From Planctomycetota bacterium (lineage in GTDB: Bacteria > Planctomycetota > JAJSAM01 > JAJVHW01), in NCBI GenBank assembly GCA_965248445.1, contig CBDFJG010000003.1, positions 1,600,001 to 1,664,000 of the forward strand: 64,000 nucleotides of DNA, written 5' to 3'. Position numbers and translations under genes: made by a program. Below, one piece after another: positions 10,517 through 19,454 of the stretch. Within the stretch, counting starts at the first letter, position 1. The number at the start of each line of letters is the position of its first letter. The notes under the pieces were generated by a model. It did no database searches and was not told the origin of the DNA. It worked only from the letters and a program-made list of their open reading frames with translations.

Positions 10517-10624
10517 ATGAGATCACACCTCACCACAACACTGTCAGCAGCACGGGACGACTTCCTCGCACTCGCCGCGATGACGACCGTCGTCGTCGCG
10601 TTCATCGCGCTGCTCGCCGGCTGA
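10517..10624 (+). CDS. 35-aa small hydrophobic peptide, probably leaderless
   Basis: MRSHLTTTLSAARDDFLALAAMTTVVVAFIALLAG*. ATG lies at about the expected +1 of the sigma54-like promoter; one TM-like stretch. Too short for the ORF track. Confidence 0.5.
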   Translation: MRSHLTTTLSAARDDFLALAAMTTVVVAFIALLAG

Positions 10625-10635
10625 ACAACTCGCGG

Positions 10636-11916
10636 TCACTCTCCACTGACAGTGGGGAGCGCGATCGTCTTCCGTTCACCCCCGCGGATGACGACGATCT
10701 CGACGCTCTCCCCGGCTGCGTGCTCGAGCCGGAACCACGACTGAAAGTGCAGTTCGCTCCGGAAGTCGGTCTTTCCGCCGACCGAGACGACGACGTCGTC
10801 CTTGCGGATGCCGGCCTTGTGCGCGTTGCGGCCGGTGTGGGCGTTCGGCCCCCAGGTCACCAGGTAGCCCACCCGGAAGGCGAACTGCTCGACCGGGATG
10901 CCGAGATCGCCCTTGGCCGCGGCGTCGATGGCGCGGCCGCCGAAGCCGGGCTTCGGGTCGAGGCGCCACATCGTGCCCCGCCAAGCCATGTCGAGCGGCC
11001 CACCCTCGCGCCAGCCCTTGGCGAGACCCCGGCGGAGAGTCCGCTCCTCCTCACCCCGGCGGACGACGAAGCTCGGCTTCCCGCCCTTCGAGGGGACGCC
11101 TTCGAGCACGGCCTGCAAGTCGCCTTCGGTGGCGATCGGCCGGTCGGCGCCGCGCAGCAGCCGGTCGCCCGCGAGGAAACCCGCCTTCGCCGCCGCCGAA
11201 CCCTCGTCCACCGACGTAACGAGTGACTGATCGTCCCTGTCGGTGTGCAGGCCGACGCGACCGCCGTCCGGCCAGCGCCACGCGTCCCGTTCGTCCCACT
11301 TGCCGTCCTCGCGGGCTCCCTCGTCGCGCGCCTGGAACACCATGTGGCAGTGGAAGCACTCCGGCCCCTTGCCGGCCTTCACGCGGCGCGCCATCGTCGG
11401 GAGTTCCTCGACCGTGCTCGGCCGGCGCTTCTTCAGCTTGACCGGCGTCAGCGCGGGGAACTCGGTGAGCGTTGTGCGCATGACGGCGGCGAGCGAGTCC
11501 ATCGAGAGATGCGACTGCGCCCCGCTCGGATCGCGGTTGCCGTAGTGGTGCAGGATGCGCCCGTCCGGCGCCATGAACAGGATGGAGAACGTGAGGTCGT
11601 AGTCGAACACGTAGGTGTTCAGGTCGACGCCTTCCATGTTCATGATGCGAACGCACTCGAACTCGCGGGAGAGACGCGCGATCTCCTCCGGCGGCTGACG
11701 GACCAACTGCCCGTCGAACGCTTGCGCGTCCTTTCAAGGGTCTCAACGGAAGACGACCATCAGTGGCCGGCCCTTGTCCGCCGCGTCCGCCCGCGCGGCT
11801 GTCAGGTCCTGCCGCCACTGGATGGTGACGGCCTGGTCCTCGGCGGTCGCGAACGCGGCGAACCCGGCGACCACCGCCCCGAGGAGCAGCAAGGCAAACG
11901 TGTAAGCTCTCGGCAT
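10636..11916 (-). CDS. Secreted thioredoxin-like/PDZ-domain selenoprotein with UxxU motif (426 aa; Sec58 and Sec61)
   Basis: Track ORFs 11743..12165 and 10636..11706 are in the same frame, separated only by TGA-GAC-CCT-TGA plus 9 sense codons: WRQDLTAARADAADKGRPLMVVFR-U-D-P-U-KDAQAFDGQL. Signal peptide from ATG 11916, CFHCH motif, two PDZ-like regions. Confidence 0.85.
11697..11731 (-). promoter_or_regulatory. Two candidate bacterial SECIS hairpins
   Basis: GGACGC-GCAA-GCGTTC begins 11 nt after the first UGA; GACGGGC-AGTTG-GTCCGTC begins 18 nt after the second UGA. Confidence 0.5.
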
Positions 11917-11973
11917 GGTGCTCTCACGGTACTTGGGACCTCGCCCGAGGTACAGAGAGCCGAGGAGGCGGCG

Positions 11974-12759
11974 ATGGCAACCACCCGCGACATGCTGATC
12001 TTCACGGTCCTGGCGGTGCAGACCGCCGCCATCGGCTGGCTGGTCGTCGACCGTCTCGACCCGGGTGACTCGGGGGTCCTCGACCGCATCGACACGCTCG
12101 AGACGGGAATCGCCAAGGCGGCGCATAACTCGCGGGGTGCAGAGCTTTCCGCAGAGCGCCAGCACCGTTTCGTCGCCGCGCTGGAGCGCCGCGTGCTCGA
12201 CGTCGAGCGGGATCTGCCCGACGCAACGATGGCAGCCGACACCGCGAGCACCGAGTCACCAGAACGGGCGACTGACGACGCGGAGAGAGCGCTCACCCGC
12301 GCGAAGTCCGCGAAACTGATGCAGCGTCGGATGGAAGCCGATGTCGTCGCGCAGACCGACGTGGTCGCAGCGAAGCTCGCGAGCGTCGGCATCAAACTCA
12401 AGACGATGAAGCTACGCAGCCTGGCGGAGGAAGACCGCTGGGCGGCGGCCTCCGAGAAGGTGGGTCTCAACGACACGCAAGTCCGTGAGATCCAGGAAGC
12501 CACGCGCAACCGGGACATCGAATTCGAACGCGCGACGTCTCACGAGATCAGCACCGACGACGACGGGAGCATGCGCAAGGTCGTGCACGTCGACGCCGAG
12601 ATCCGCCAGGCCGCCGACGAGGCCTACACCGATCGAGTGAGCCGCACCCTCAACAACGAGCAGCGCAAACAGTGGCGCAGCGAGGGGTTCGAGGGCGCGT
12701 TCGGCGTCCACCGGCCGCGCGCGTCGGTTTGGGTGGACCGCCGAGGCGGCAAGCGCTAG
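11974..12759 (+). CDS. Hypothetical membrane-anchored coiled-coil protein
   Basis: GAGGAGG RBS before ATG 11974; N-terminal TM segment (MLIFTVLAVQTAAIGWLVV); helical, charged remainder. Confidence 0.7.
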   Translation: MATTRDMLIFTVLAVQTAAIGWLVVDRLDPGDSGVLDRIDTLETGIAKAAHNSRGAELSAERQHRFVAALERRVLDVERDLPDATMAADTASTESPERATDDAERALTRAKSAKLMQRRMEADVVAQTDVVAAKLASVGIKLKTMKLRSLAEEDRWAAASEKVGLNDTQVREIQEATRNRDIEFERATSHEISTDDDGSMRKVVHVDAEIRQAADEAYTDRVSRTLNNEQRKQWRSEGFEGAFGVHRPRASVWVDRRGGKR

Positions 12760-13032
12760 CAGTGCGTGGAAGAAGTCGGCGTGCGCCACGATTGTGTCCG
12801 GCGGTGCCGCATGCAAGGCGCAGAGGTTCGAACGCGACGCCAAAGCGTCGCTGAGTGCCGGCAACGCAGCAGGCGGTGCCGCCGGGCACAACCGCTTGCG
12901 GTCGAGCGACTTGCGGCTGCTCGGCGGTGAGCTGAGCGCCGCGCGTGAGCGCAGAGCTCAGGTTACCGACGCGGGCACAGCCCGAAGCCGCAAGTCGCGA
13001 GATCGTGGCCCGTCGAGTTGTTCAACACGCTG
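12760..13032. mobile_element. 273-bp non-autonomous MITE with imperfect terminal inverted repeats and CTAG on both flanks
   Basis: Left end CAGTGCGTGGAAGAAGTC versus reverse complement of right end CAGCGTGTTGAACAACTC; CTAG at 12756-59 and 13033-36; internal inverted repeats at 12792-12810/12873-12891 and 12906-12918/12986-12998. Confidence 0.65.
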
Positions 13033-14052
13033 CTAGTCGTCCTTGCCGCCGGTGATCGCGGGGGCCTCGAACAGCGTGAACACATAGTCCGCACCGGTCA
13101 CCATGATCGTCAGCTTGTCGCCCTCGAGCGATGCATCGACGGTCTCGAGCGGCTTCTTGCGCTTGACCACGCGCCGGAACCCGCCGAACTCGGCGACGTC
13201 GTCCTTACCATTCCGCGAGCGCACCCACAGGTAGGGTTCGTCGCCACCGGTCAGCGCCAGGAGGGCGGCGCCGCCCTCGCCCGGAGCGCCCTTGTGCACG
13301 ACCGCCACGGCGATCTCGCCCTCGTGTTCCTCGAGGAAGCTCGTCCGCACGGCCGGTTCGGCGAACTGCACGAAGTCGAGCACGATCTCCTCGCCGTCGG
13401 CCCGCTCACCCTTGAGTCGCGTTATCTTCGCCGCCTCGAAGCGCACGACGCCCGCGTTCGGTCCGAAGCGCAGGCGCACGTCGACGGCAGGGAGTGCTTC
13501 CCACTTCTTGCGAAGGGCGGGTTCGTACTCGACGTCGTCCGGAACCTCGAACAGGTCCAGCAGCGCAGCGTCACCGGTCGCAGCGGGACGCTCGATCGGA
13601 ACGGCCGCTCCGCGAGTCGTCTTCACGAGCTCGATCTCGAGCGACTTGCCGGCCTTCTTGTCCGTCGTGCCGGCCGGCGTTCCAACCGTCGCGGGCAGGA
13701 CCGCGAACTCGGTGCTGTCCTCGCTCCACTTCCAGTCGTTCTCCTCGAAGACGACGAGCTCCCACTTGCGCTCCTCCCAGAAGCGCAGGTTCAGGGTCAT
13801 CTCCCCGGGGAGGAGCATCGAGTCGGCGCCGACGAGCGCCATCTTCTCGATCGTGAGTCGCGTGGGCCCGTCCTTGCCGAGCCGCCACGTCAGACCCGGC
13901 TGTAGCTGCTCCATCAGTTCGGGCCGGAACCGAATCGCGTTCCAGCGCACGCGCGCCGAGCCGAGTCCCTTCATCTTGAGCGCGCTGTCGCCCGCGAACG
14001 CGGCGGCGGCAACCACGAGCAGTGTGGCGGCCGTGACCGTGACGCGCCTCAT
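13033..14052 (-). CDS. Hypothetical secreted protein
   Basis: Signal peptide MRRVTVTAATLLVVAAAAFA; GC3-rich codons; ATGA-coupled to the upstream gene. Confidence 0.75.
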   Translation of the reverse strand: MRRVTVTAATLLVVAAAAFAGDSALKMKGLGSARVRWNAIRFRPELMEQLQPGLTWRLGKDGPTRLTIEKMALVGADSMLLPGEMTLNLRFWEERKWELVVFEENDWKWSEDSTEFAVLPATVGTPAGTTDKKAGKSLEIELVKTTRGAAVPIERPAATGDAALLDLFEVPDDVEYEPALRKKWEALPAVDVRLRFGPNAGVVRFEAAKITRLKGERADGEEIVLDFVQFAEPAVRTSFLEEHEGEIAVAVVHKGAPGEGGAALLALTGGDEPYLWVRSRNGKDDVAEFGGFRRVVKRKKPLETVDASLEGDKLTIMVTGADYVFTLFEAPAITGGKDD

Positions 14053-14417
14053 CGGGAGTCACCCTGCGCCGCGAAGACGTGATCCAGTTGCGTGCGCAGT
14101 GCGTCGTGGGCGATGTCCGCGCCGTCCACGACGCTTGCGGCTGCGACGCCGAGGGTGACGGCCACGACCTCCTCGAGTTCGGCGCGCGTTGCGCCCATCT
14201 CGACGAGCTTCCGCATGTGGCCCTCGATGCAATTCTTCGCGCCGGTGCCGAGTGAGACACCGAACGCGATGAGCTCCTTGGTCTTCATGTCCAGGGCGCC
14301 GTCGCGGAACACCAGCCGGTAGTAGCCGAGGTAGTGCCGACGCACGTCCTCTCCGAGGAGCGCGTACGAGTCGATATCGCCCGGATCGCGAGCCGGTTCG
14401 TCACCTGCCATGGTCAT
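14049..14417 (-). CDS. Carboxymuconolactone decarboxylase/AhpD-like protein
   Basis: GALDMKTKELIAFGVS...NCIEGH...GATRAELEEVV pattern. Confidence 0.85.
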   Translation of the reverse strand: MTMAGDEPARDPGDIDSYALLGEDVRRHYLGYYRLVFRDGALDMKTKELIAFGVSLGTGAKNCIEGHMRKLVEMGATRAELEEVVAVTLGVAAASVVDGADIAHDALRTQLDHVFAAQGDSR

Positions 14418-14501
14418 CTCCGCGTCATCTCCACTTGGGGCTCACCCCGCGTCCGGGCGCTACACGCCCGCCCGGGGTTCCGTGGAAGGCTCTTGCGCCG
14501 G

Positions 14502-16910
14502 CTACTGCGTATCGAGAGGCGGGCCGGGCACGCCCAGCACGAGCCCGAACTCTTCGGCACCGCCGATCAGACCGAAGATCAGGCCGCGCCTGCGGGTCAG
14601 CGCGCCGAAGACCGCATTCGCGTCCACGTACCTCCCGTCCGGGCGCACCCGGTAGGTCCCCGGACCGGACTGACTCTGCAGAGGCTGCATGATGACCCGT
14701 CCCGAAGCCGCGTCGTTCAACGTGAGCACTCCCGTGCTGCTGATGGTGAATCGCCCGGCGCCGCCCGAATCGGCCTCGATCTCGAGGCGTTTCACCGAGT
14801 TCGTCGGGATGACCGTCTGCCCAGTGTCGGTGTTCACGGCGGGCGAGGTCAGCGCCTTCAAGAACGCGTGTCCGACGAAGTCCTCGTTCCCCGCATTCTG
14901 CGCACCGCGCACGAGCGCGACGAGCCGGAGCGTCGCGAGCGTGGGCGCCCCCGGGCTTCCCTCGAGGCGTTGCGCGCGCCCGATCAGGAGGTCGCCGCGC
15001 AGGGCGGGAATGAGGTCCACCTCGGTGAGCTGCGGGTCCCCGCCGAACGCGACGTCCAGGCGGGCGGTGCCGCCGTTGGGCGTGAGTCGTCCGCGCTTCG
15101 GTTTCTGCTTGCCTGCGCTGTTCTCCCAGCCGCCCGACGGGAACGAGGCAAGGTTGGAGACGGTGAAAGAACGCAGAGGGGCGATGGTGCCGTCCTGCGC
15201 GACGAGTATGTCCGCACGGCCGCCGAAGCGGCGCAGGTCGATCTCGCCTGTGGGGTTGGTCTTGGCACTGAACTCGTACACGAAGATGTGCCAGAGGCCG
15301 GCCAGGGTGAGCTTGGTCGGGTTGCGCTTCGCCCTGCGCAGGAACAGCCGCATCGACCTGTCCGTGATCCCGACGCCCAGGTTGTCCGACCGGCCGCGCC
15401 TGTAGATGCGCGGGCTGGACAACAGGTCGAACGCGAAGTCCGCGTTCGTGCCGAGTTGCACGAGCCCAGTTTCCGGCGGGCCGCCGCTCACGTTCTCCAG
15501 CTCCAGTTCGGGAGCACCCGTCCCCCGCCGCCACTCCATCCGTCGTTCGTCGCGCGTGAACTCGACCGCATTGCCGTTCCGTCCGCCGAACTTCGCTGAC
15601 ACCGGGTTGATCGAAATTCCGAACTCGCCGCCGTAGTCATCGAGCGGGCCGGAGAGGACCTCGACCTCGAAGAACGTGCCCTTCACGGGCCGCGGGCGGG
15701 GCGACGTCGCCTGCAAGGTCGAGAAGTGTGAGAGCGAGACGGTCGCGGTCGAAGCCAGAATGTCGATGTCGTAGGGACCGGGGATGGTCTCGAGTTCGCC
15801 GGTCTCGCTGTCTCGGACGACGATCGACAATTCGGACTCGGGGTCGTCGTACGCCTGGGGGTTGAACGGGATGGTGACGGTGAGGGCCTCCGCGAACTCG
15901 GTGCCCGGCGGACCGAACGTCACGGCCGGGCTGCCGGCGTTCTCGCCGTCCTCCACGAAGAAGTTCTCGTCCTCGGAGATCGTGAGAACGATCGTCCCCG
16001 ACACGGCGTCCGGCGGCACCTCCACGGAGACGTCGTCGATGTTCGAACCGTCCTGCGACGGTTCGATCACGCCGCCGCCCTCGTCCACCGGGCGCCCGTA
16101 CACCGCGCCCTCCTCGGAGAGTTCGTCGCCGTCACGGTCGCGCAGGTCCACCTTCGTCTTCGTCGTCGCGGCCGGCGTCAACTTGACGGCGATCGCGAAC
16201 GATCCGGGCGTGGCGCCCGCGTTCCGCACGGTGATCCGGTAGTCGCCGGTCTCCGGCACGCCGCCGAGCTTCGCCTTGTGCTTCGTGCTGCCGTCCTCGG
16301 GAGGATCGATCGGCGTCACCGAGTCGTCCGGTGCGCGCACGGACTCGATGACGGGGACGAACGCAGAGCCCTGGGCAGGCGTGCACCTGATCCCGACCTT
16401 TGCGCCCGCGGGGGCTGCGAACACGAACTCCGCGGTCGCACCCGGATCTACGGATCCGCCGTCCACGGTTCCGAAGAGCCTCTTGTACTTGGCCTTGATC
16501 TTCGCCTTGTAGTCGCCGTCGTTCTCGCCGTCTCCGGTGATGCGGAAGCGGTACGCTCCCGTCTCGGGAGTGATGTACCCGGTGATCTTCGTGGCCTTGC
16601 CCGAGGTGACACCGGCGATCACGTCGTCGTCCGGCTCCACGACCTCGATCACCGGCACGAGTTCGCCCTTGCCCTTGCGCTTGACCGACGCAGTGACCTT
16701 GGCGCCCTCCGGCAGTTCCACCACGTACGTCTCGCGCTCGTCGGCCGGGCGGATCGTGCCGTCCATCTTGGCGGGCGCGCGCACCTGCACATCGACGGTG
16801 TCTGTGATCGCCAGCGCGCAGAAGCACGACGCGGACACGGCGAGCGCCAGGACGATCCCGGCTGCTCGTGGCCCGCGGCCCACTCCCCAGAAGCCACGTT
16901 GCGTTCTCAC
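14502..16910 (-). CDS. Large secreted beta-rich hypothetical protein (PPC-like repeats, ZU5-like region)
   Basis: Start reset to GTG 16910, followed by a hydrophobic signal; PETGAYRFRITG and PETGDYRITVR repeats; VEVPPDAV...FGPPGTEFAEALTVTIPF...LSHFS is ZU5-like. Confidence 0.7.
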   Translation of the reverse strand: MRTQRGFWGVGRGPRAAGIVLALAVSASCFCALAITDTVDVQVRAPAKMDGTIRPADERETYVVELPEGAKVTASVKRKGKGELVPVIEVVEPDDDVIAGVTSGKATKITGYITPETGAYRFRITGDGENDGDYKAKIKAKYKRLFGTVDGGSVDPGATAEFVFAAPAGAKVGIRCTPAQGSAFVPVIESVRAPDDSVTPIDPPEDGSTKHKAKLGGVPETGDYRITVRNAGATPGSFAIAVKLTPAATTKTKVDLRDRDGDELSEEGAVYGRPVDEGGGVIEPSQDGSNIDDVSVEVPPDAVSGTIVLTISEDENFFVEDGENAGSPAVTFGPPGTEFAEALTVTIPFNPQAYDDPESELSIVVRDSETGELETIPGPYDIDILASTATVSLSHFSTLQATSPRPRPVKGTFFEVEVLSGPLDDYGGEFGISINPVSAKFGGRNGNAVEFTRDERRMEWRRGTGAPELELENVSGGPPETGLVQLGTNADFAFDLLSSPRIYRRGRSDNLGVGITDRSMRLFLRRAKRNPTKLTLAGLWHIFVYEFSAKTNPTGEIDLRRFGGRADILVAQDGTIAPLRSFTVSNLASFPSGGWENSAGKQKPKRGRLTPNGGTARLDVAFGGDPQLTEVDLIPALRGDLLIGRAQRLEGSPGAPTLATLRLVALVRGAQNAGNEDFVGHAFLKALTSPAVNTDTGQTVIPTNSVKRLEIEADSGGAGRFTISSTGVLTLNDAASGRVIMQPLQSQSGPGTYRVRPDGRYVDANAVFGALTRRRGLIFGLIGGAEEFGLVLGVPGPPLDTQ

Positions 16911-16933
16911 GCTCGCATCATAACGCGCGAATC

Positions 16934-17443
16934 TCAGAGCAACCCGAGTAGCTCCAGTGGCAGCAGTACCAGCGCCGCCACGATCTCGTCGCCCAGATCC
17001 GTCTCGGTGGTGCGGAAGTTCGGGTGGAACACGCCGGGAGGCCTCTCGCCCTGCGGCACCGGGCGGACGCGGACGTGTGCACGGGCAGTGGGCGGCGGAT
17101 CCGGACTCCGCGCGACCGCCGAGAGCGCGGACGCATCGAACGCCACGAGGCGGCAGGTCCCGCAGCCCATCGCAGTGACCGAACCCTCCTCGCACACTCC
17201 GCGGACTTCCTGGAACGGGCGAGCGCAGGTCGGACAGGCATGGTCCGCGGTTCTCTCCCCGTTCTCGAGGAGCGCACGCCAGAGCGACTTCGCGAGGCGC
17301 TCGTCCAGGAACGCACGGAGGGCCGCGACGTTCATGGTGACGGTGCGGCATCCCCTGCACGGGAACGTGAACACGCTCCGCAGCCGGACCCCGCCAGCGG
17401 CCTCACCGCAGCTCGGGCACGCGAGCCTGACGCCGTCCTCCAT
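16934..17443 (-). CDS. Multi-CxxC zinc-ribbon protein
   Basis: CPSC, CRGC, CPTC, CGTC; hydrophobic C-terminus. Confidence 0.6.
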   Translation of the reverse strand: MEDGVRLACPSCGEAAGGVRLRSVFTFPCRGCRTVTMNVAALRAFLDERLAKSLWRALLENGERTADHACPTCARPFQEVRGVCEEGSVTAMGCGTCRLVAFDASALSAVARSPDPPPTARAHVRVRPVPQGERPPGVFHPNFRTTETDLGDEIVAALVLLPLELLGLL

Positions 17444-17475
17444 GCCGCCTGAAACCGGCGCCCCTCCCTCGCCGT

Positions 17476-17754
17476 TCACAGCACGAACTTCACGGCCGCG
17501 TGGACGTGCAGCGTGTTGGCGATCCCGCGCCGGTCTTCGTGGCTGGTGACGATCAGCTCGAGGCGCAGCGAGACGTACTTCCCGCCGCTGGATCGGCGGG
17601 AGACGGAGATGTCGTGGTGCCGTTCGTCGACCGCCGCGGCGATGGCGTCGCGCAGCCCCGCCTCGTCCGGTCCGATCAGCTTGTAGGACCACTGGGTGGG
17701 GTAGTCGATCTCGACTTCCGGTAGCTCGGCATCGGGCACGCAGAGAGGGTACAT
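17476..17754 (-). CDS. YbeD/HP0495 (DUF493) family protein
   Basis: IDYPTQWSYKLIG...SRRSSGGKYVSL...VKFVL. Confidence 0.88.
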   Translation of the reverse strand: MYPLCVPDAELPEVEIDYPTQWSYKLIGPDEAGLRDAIAAAVDERHHDISVSRRSSGGKYVSLRLELIVTSHEDRRGIANTLHVHAAVKFVL

Positions 17755-17787
17755 CCGTCGCGGTACGGTGGTTGCGCTACCCCGGGC

Positions 17788-18732
17788 ATGACGATGGAGA
17801 CCGAGCCCGGGGATGACGCGGTGTCACTGAGGGTCCAGGTCTCCCGCCAGATCGACGTGCTCGAGATCCTGACCACCACCCGCGAGAACGAGAGCCTGGA
17901 CGCGGCGCTCGTACTGACCGCTGCCGGGATTCCGCACTCTCGTGTGTACCGCCTCGGAGTGCACCGGCTGCTGGTCGACGAGGAGCACTACCACGTGGCG
18001 CGAGAGGAGCTCGCGGCGTTCCGCGAGGAGAACGCGCTGCAGAAGCCGGATCACCCGGTAGCCGTGCGGCGCGCAGAGTGGTGGCCCGGCGTTCTGGCGT
18101 ATGCCGCGTTCCTGATCATAATCTTCTCGCTCGAGCGCTATCCGGAGATCACGTTCCCGTTCAAGGCGGCCGGCCGGATGGACGCGCTGGCGGTGCAGGA
18201 CGGCGCGTGGTTCCGGACGGTGACGGCTCTGACGCTGCATGCGGACTTCACGCACATCATCGGAAACCTGTTCTTCGGAGCCGTGTTCGGGGCACTCCTG
18301 GCGCAAGTCGTCGGCAACGGCGTCGCATGGGGCACGATCGCGGTATCCGGTGCGCTAGGCAACACACTGAACTCCGTGCTGCGCACGGAGAACCACTTCG
18401 CGGTCGGTGCCTCGACCGCCGTGTTCGGCGCACTGGGTGCGCTGGTGACGTGGCAGTGGGTCTACGGGCGCTCGGCGAAGATCTCGTGGCCCAAGCGTCT
18501 TGCCCCGGCGGCGATGGGACTGGTGCTGCTGACGTACATCGGCGCGGGCGGCGAGAACACCGACGTGCTCGCACACGTCTACGGCTTTCTGGCCGGCGCC
18601 GCGCTCGGGTACCTGCACTTCCACATCACCGCGCGCCGCGCGCTGTCCGCGCAGACCCAGGCGATGATCGGCGTCGCAGCGGCGGCGCTGGTGGTCGTGT
18701 CGTGGGCGATCGCCTGGAACGCGTGGTACTAG
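17788..18732 (+). CDS. Rhomboid family intramembrane serine protease
   Basis: WFRTVTALTLHADFTHIIGN, GASTAVFG (catalytic Ser), AHVYGFLAG (catalytic His). Confidence 0.92.
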   Translation: MTMETEPGDDAVSLRVQVSRQIDVLEILTTTRENESLDAALVLTAAGIPHSRVYRLGVHRLLVDEEHYHVAREELAAFREENALQKPDHPVAVRRAEWWPGVLAYAAFLIIIFSLERYPEITFPFKAAGRMDALAVQDGAWFRTVTALTLHADFTHIIGNLFFGAVFGALLAQVVGNGVAWGTIAVSGALGNTLNSVLRTENHFAVGASTAVFGALGALVTWQWVYGRSAKISWPKRLAPAAMGLVLLTYIGAGGENTDVLAHVYGFLAGAALGYLHFHITARRALSAQTQAMIGVAAAALVVVSWAIAWNAWY

Positions 18733-18734
18733 GA

Positions 18735-19436
18735 TCAGCCGAGGTACCGGGTCGGCAGTTCCTCTTCCGTTACGCCATCGCTGCTCCGCGTGACGCGATA
18801 GCACTTCGCGTCCGGCAGGGACGCGACGCACTCGACGAGATCCGTCCCGCGGAACACGAGTGCGGCGCAGTCGTCCGCTGCGTACCCGCCCGGAAACCCG
18901 TCGCGAACCGCAGCGCGATACGTCGGCCGCCGCTCCTCCTCGCCGTCGTAGTGCGGACACGCGCTGCCGGGCAGGAAGCCGAGTCCGTCGCGCCACGCGC
19001 GCACCGGACCGAACGAGTCCGACATGCCCGCCTCGAACCAGCAGATCATCCCGGCGGAGAGGCCGGCGAGCACGACCCCCGCCTCCCACGCCTCGCGTAG
19101 GACTGCGTCCACGCCATGGACACGCCAGATGGCGAGCGCGTTGGCTGTGTTCCCTCCGCCCACGTACACGACGTCCTGCGAGAGCACGAAGTCACGAATG
19201 TCCGTCCGCGGCGCCCCGAACAGCTTCAGGTGAGACGCTTCGACCGGCCGGCCGTCGAACGACGACTGGAAGTGCGCGATGTACCCCTGCGCGTCGCCGG
19301 ACGGCGTCCCGAGGAAGCACAGCCTCGGGCGGTCGCGGGCTGCGAGCGACAGCACGAAGTCGTCGAGCAGCGTGTTCTCCGACTCCATCGAGAAGCCGCC
19401 GCCGCCCATGGCGACGATCGTCGGTGCGGCGGTCAC
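18735..19436 (-). CDS. Peptidase E (family S51)
   Basis: YVGGGNT, GLSAG (Ser nucleophile), CPHYD. Confidence 0.92.
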   Translation of the reverse strand: MTAAPTIVAMGGGGFSMESENTLLDDFVLSLAARDRPRLCFLGTPSGDAQGYIAHFQSSFDGRPVEASHLKLFGAPRTDIRDFVLSQDVVYVGGGNTANALAIWRVHGVDAVLREAWEAGVVLAGLSAGMICWFEAGMSDSFGPVRAWRDGLGFLPGSACPHYDGEEERRPTYRAAVRDGFPGGYAADDCAALVFRGTDLVECVASLPDAKCYRVTRSSDGVTEEELPTRYLG

Positions 19437-19454
19437 GCCACTACCACTCGCCGA

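Noticed and set aside
11734..11745. Genome-wide UGA reassignment or a simple pseudogene as the explanation for the two in-frame TGAs
   Set aside because: TGA ends many genes in this window, and both TGAs fall precisely on CxxC positions, which favours selenocysteine.
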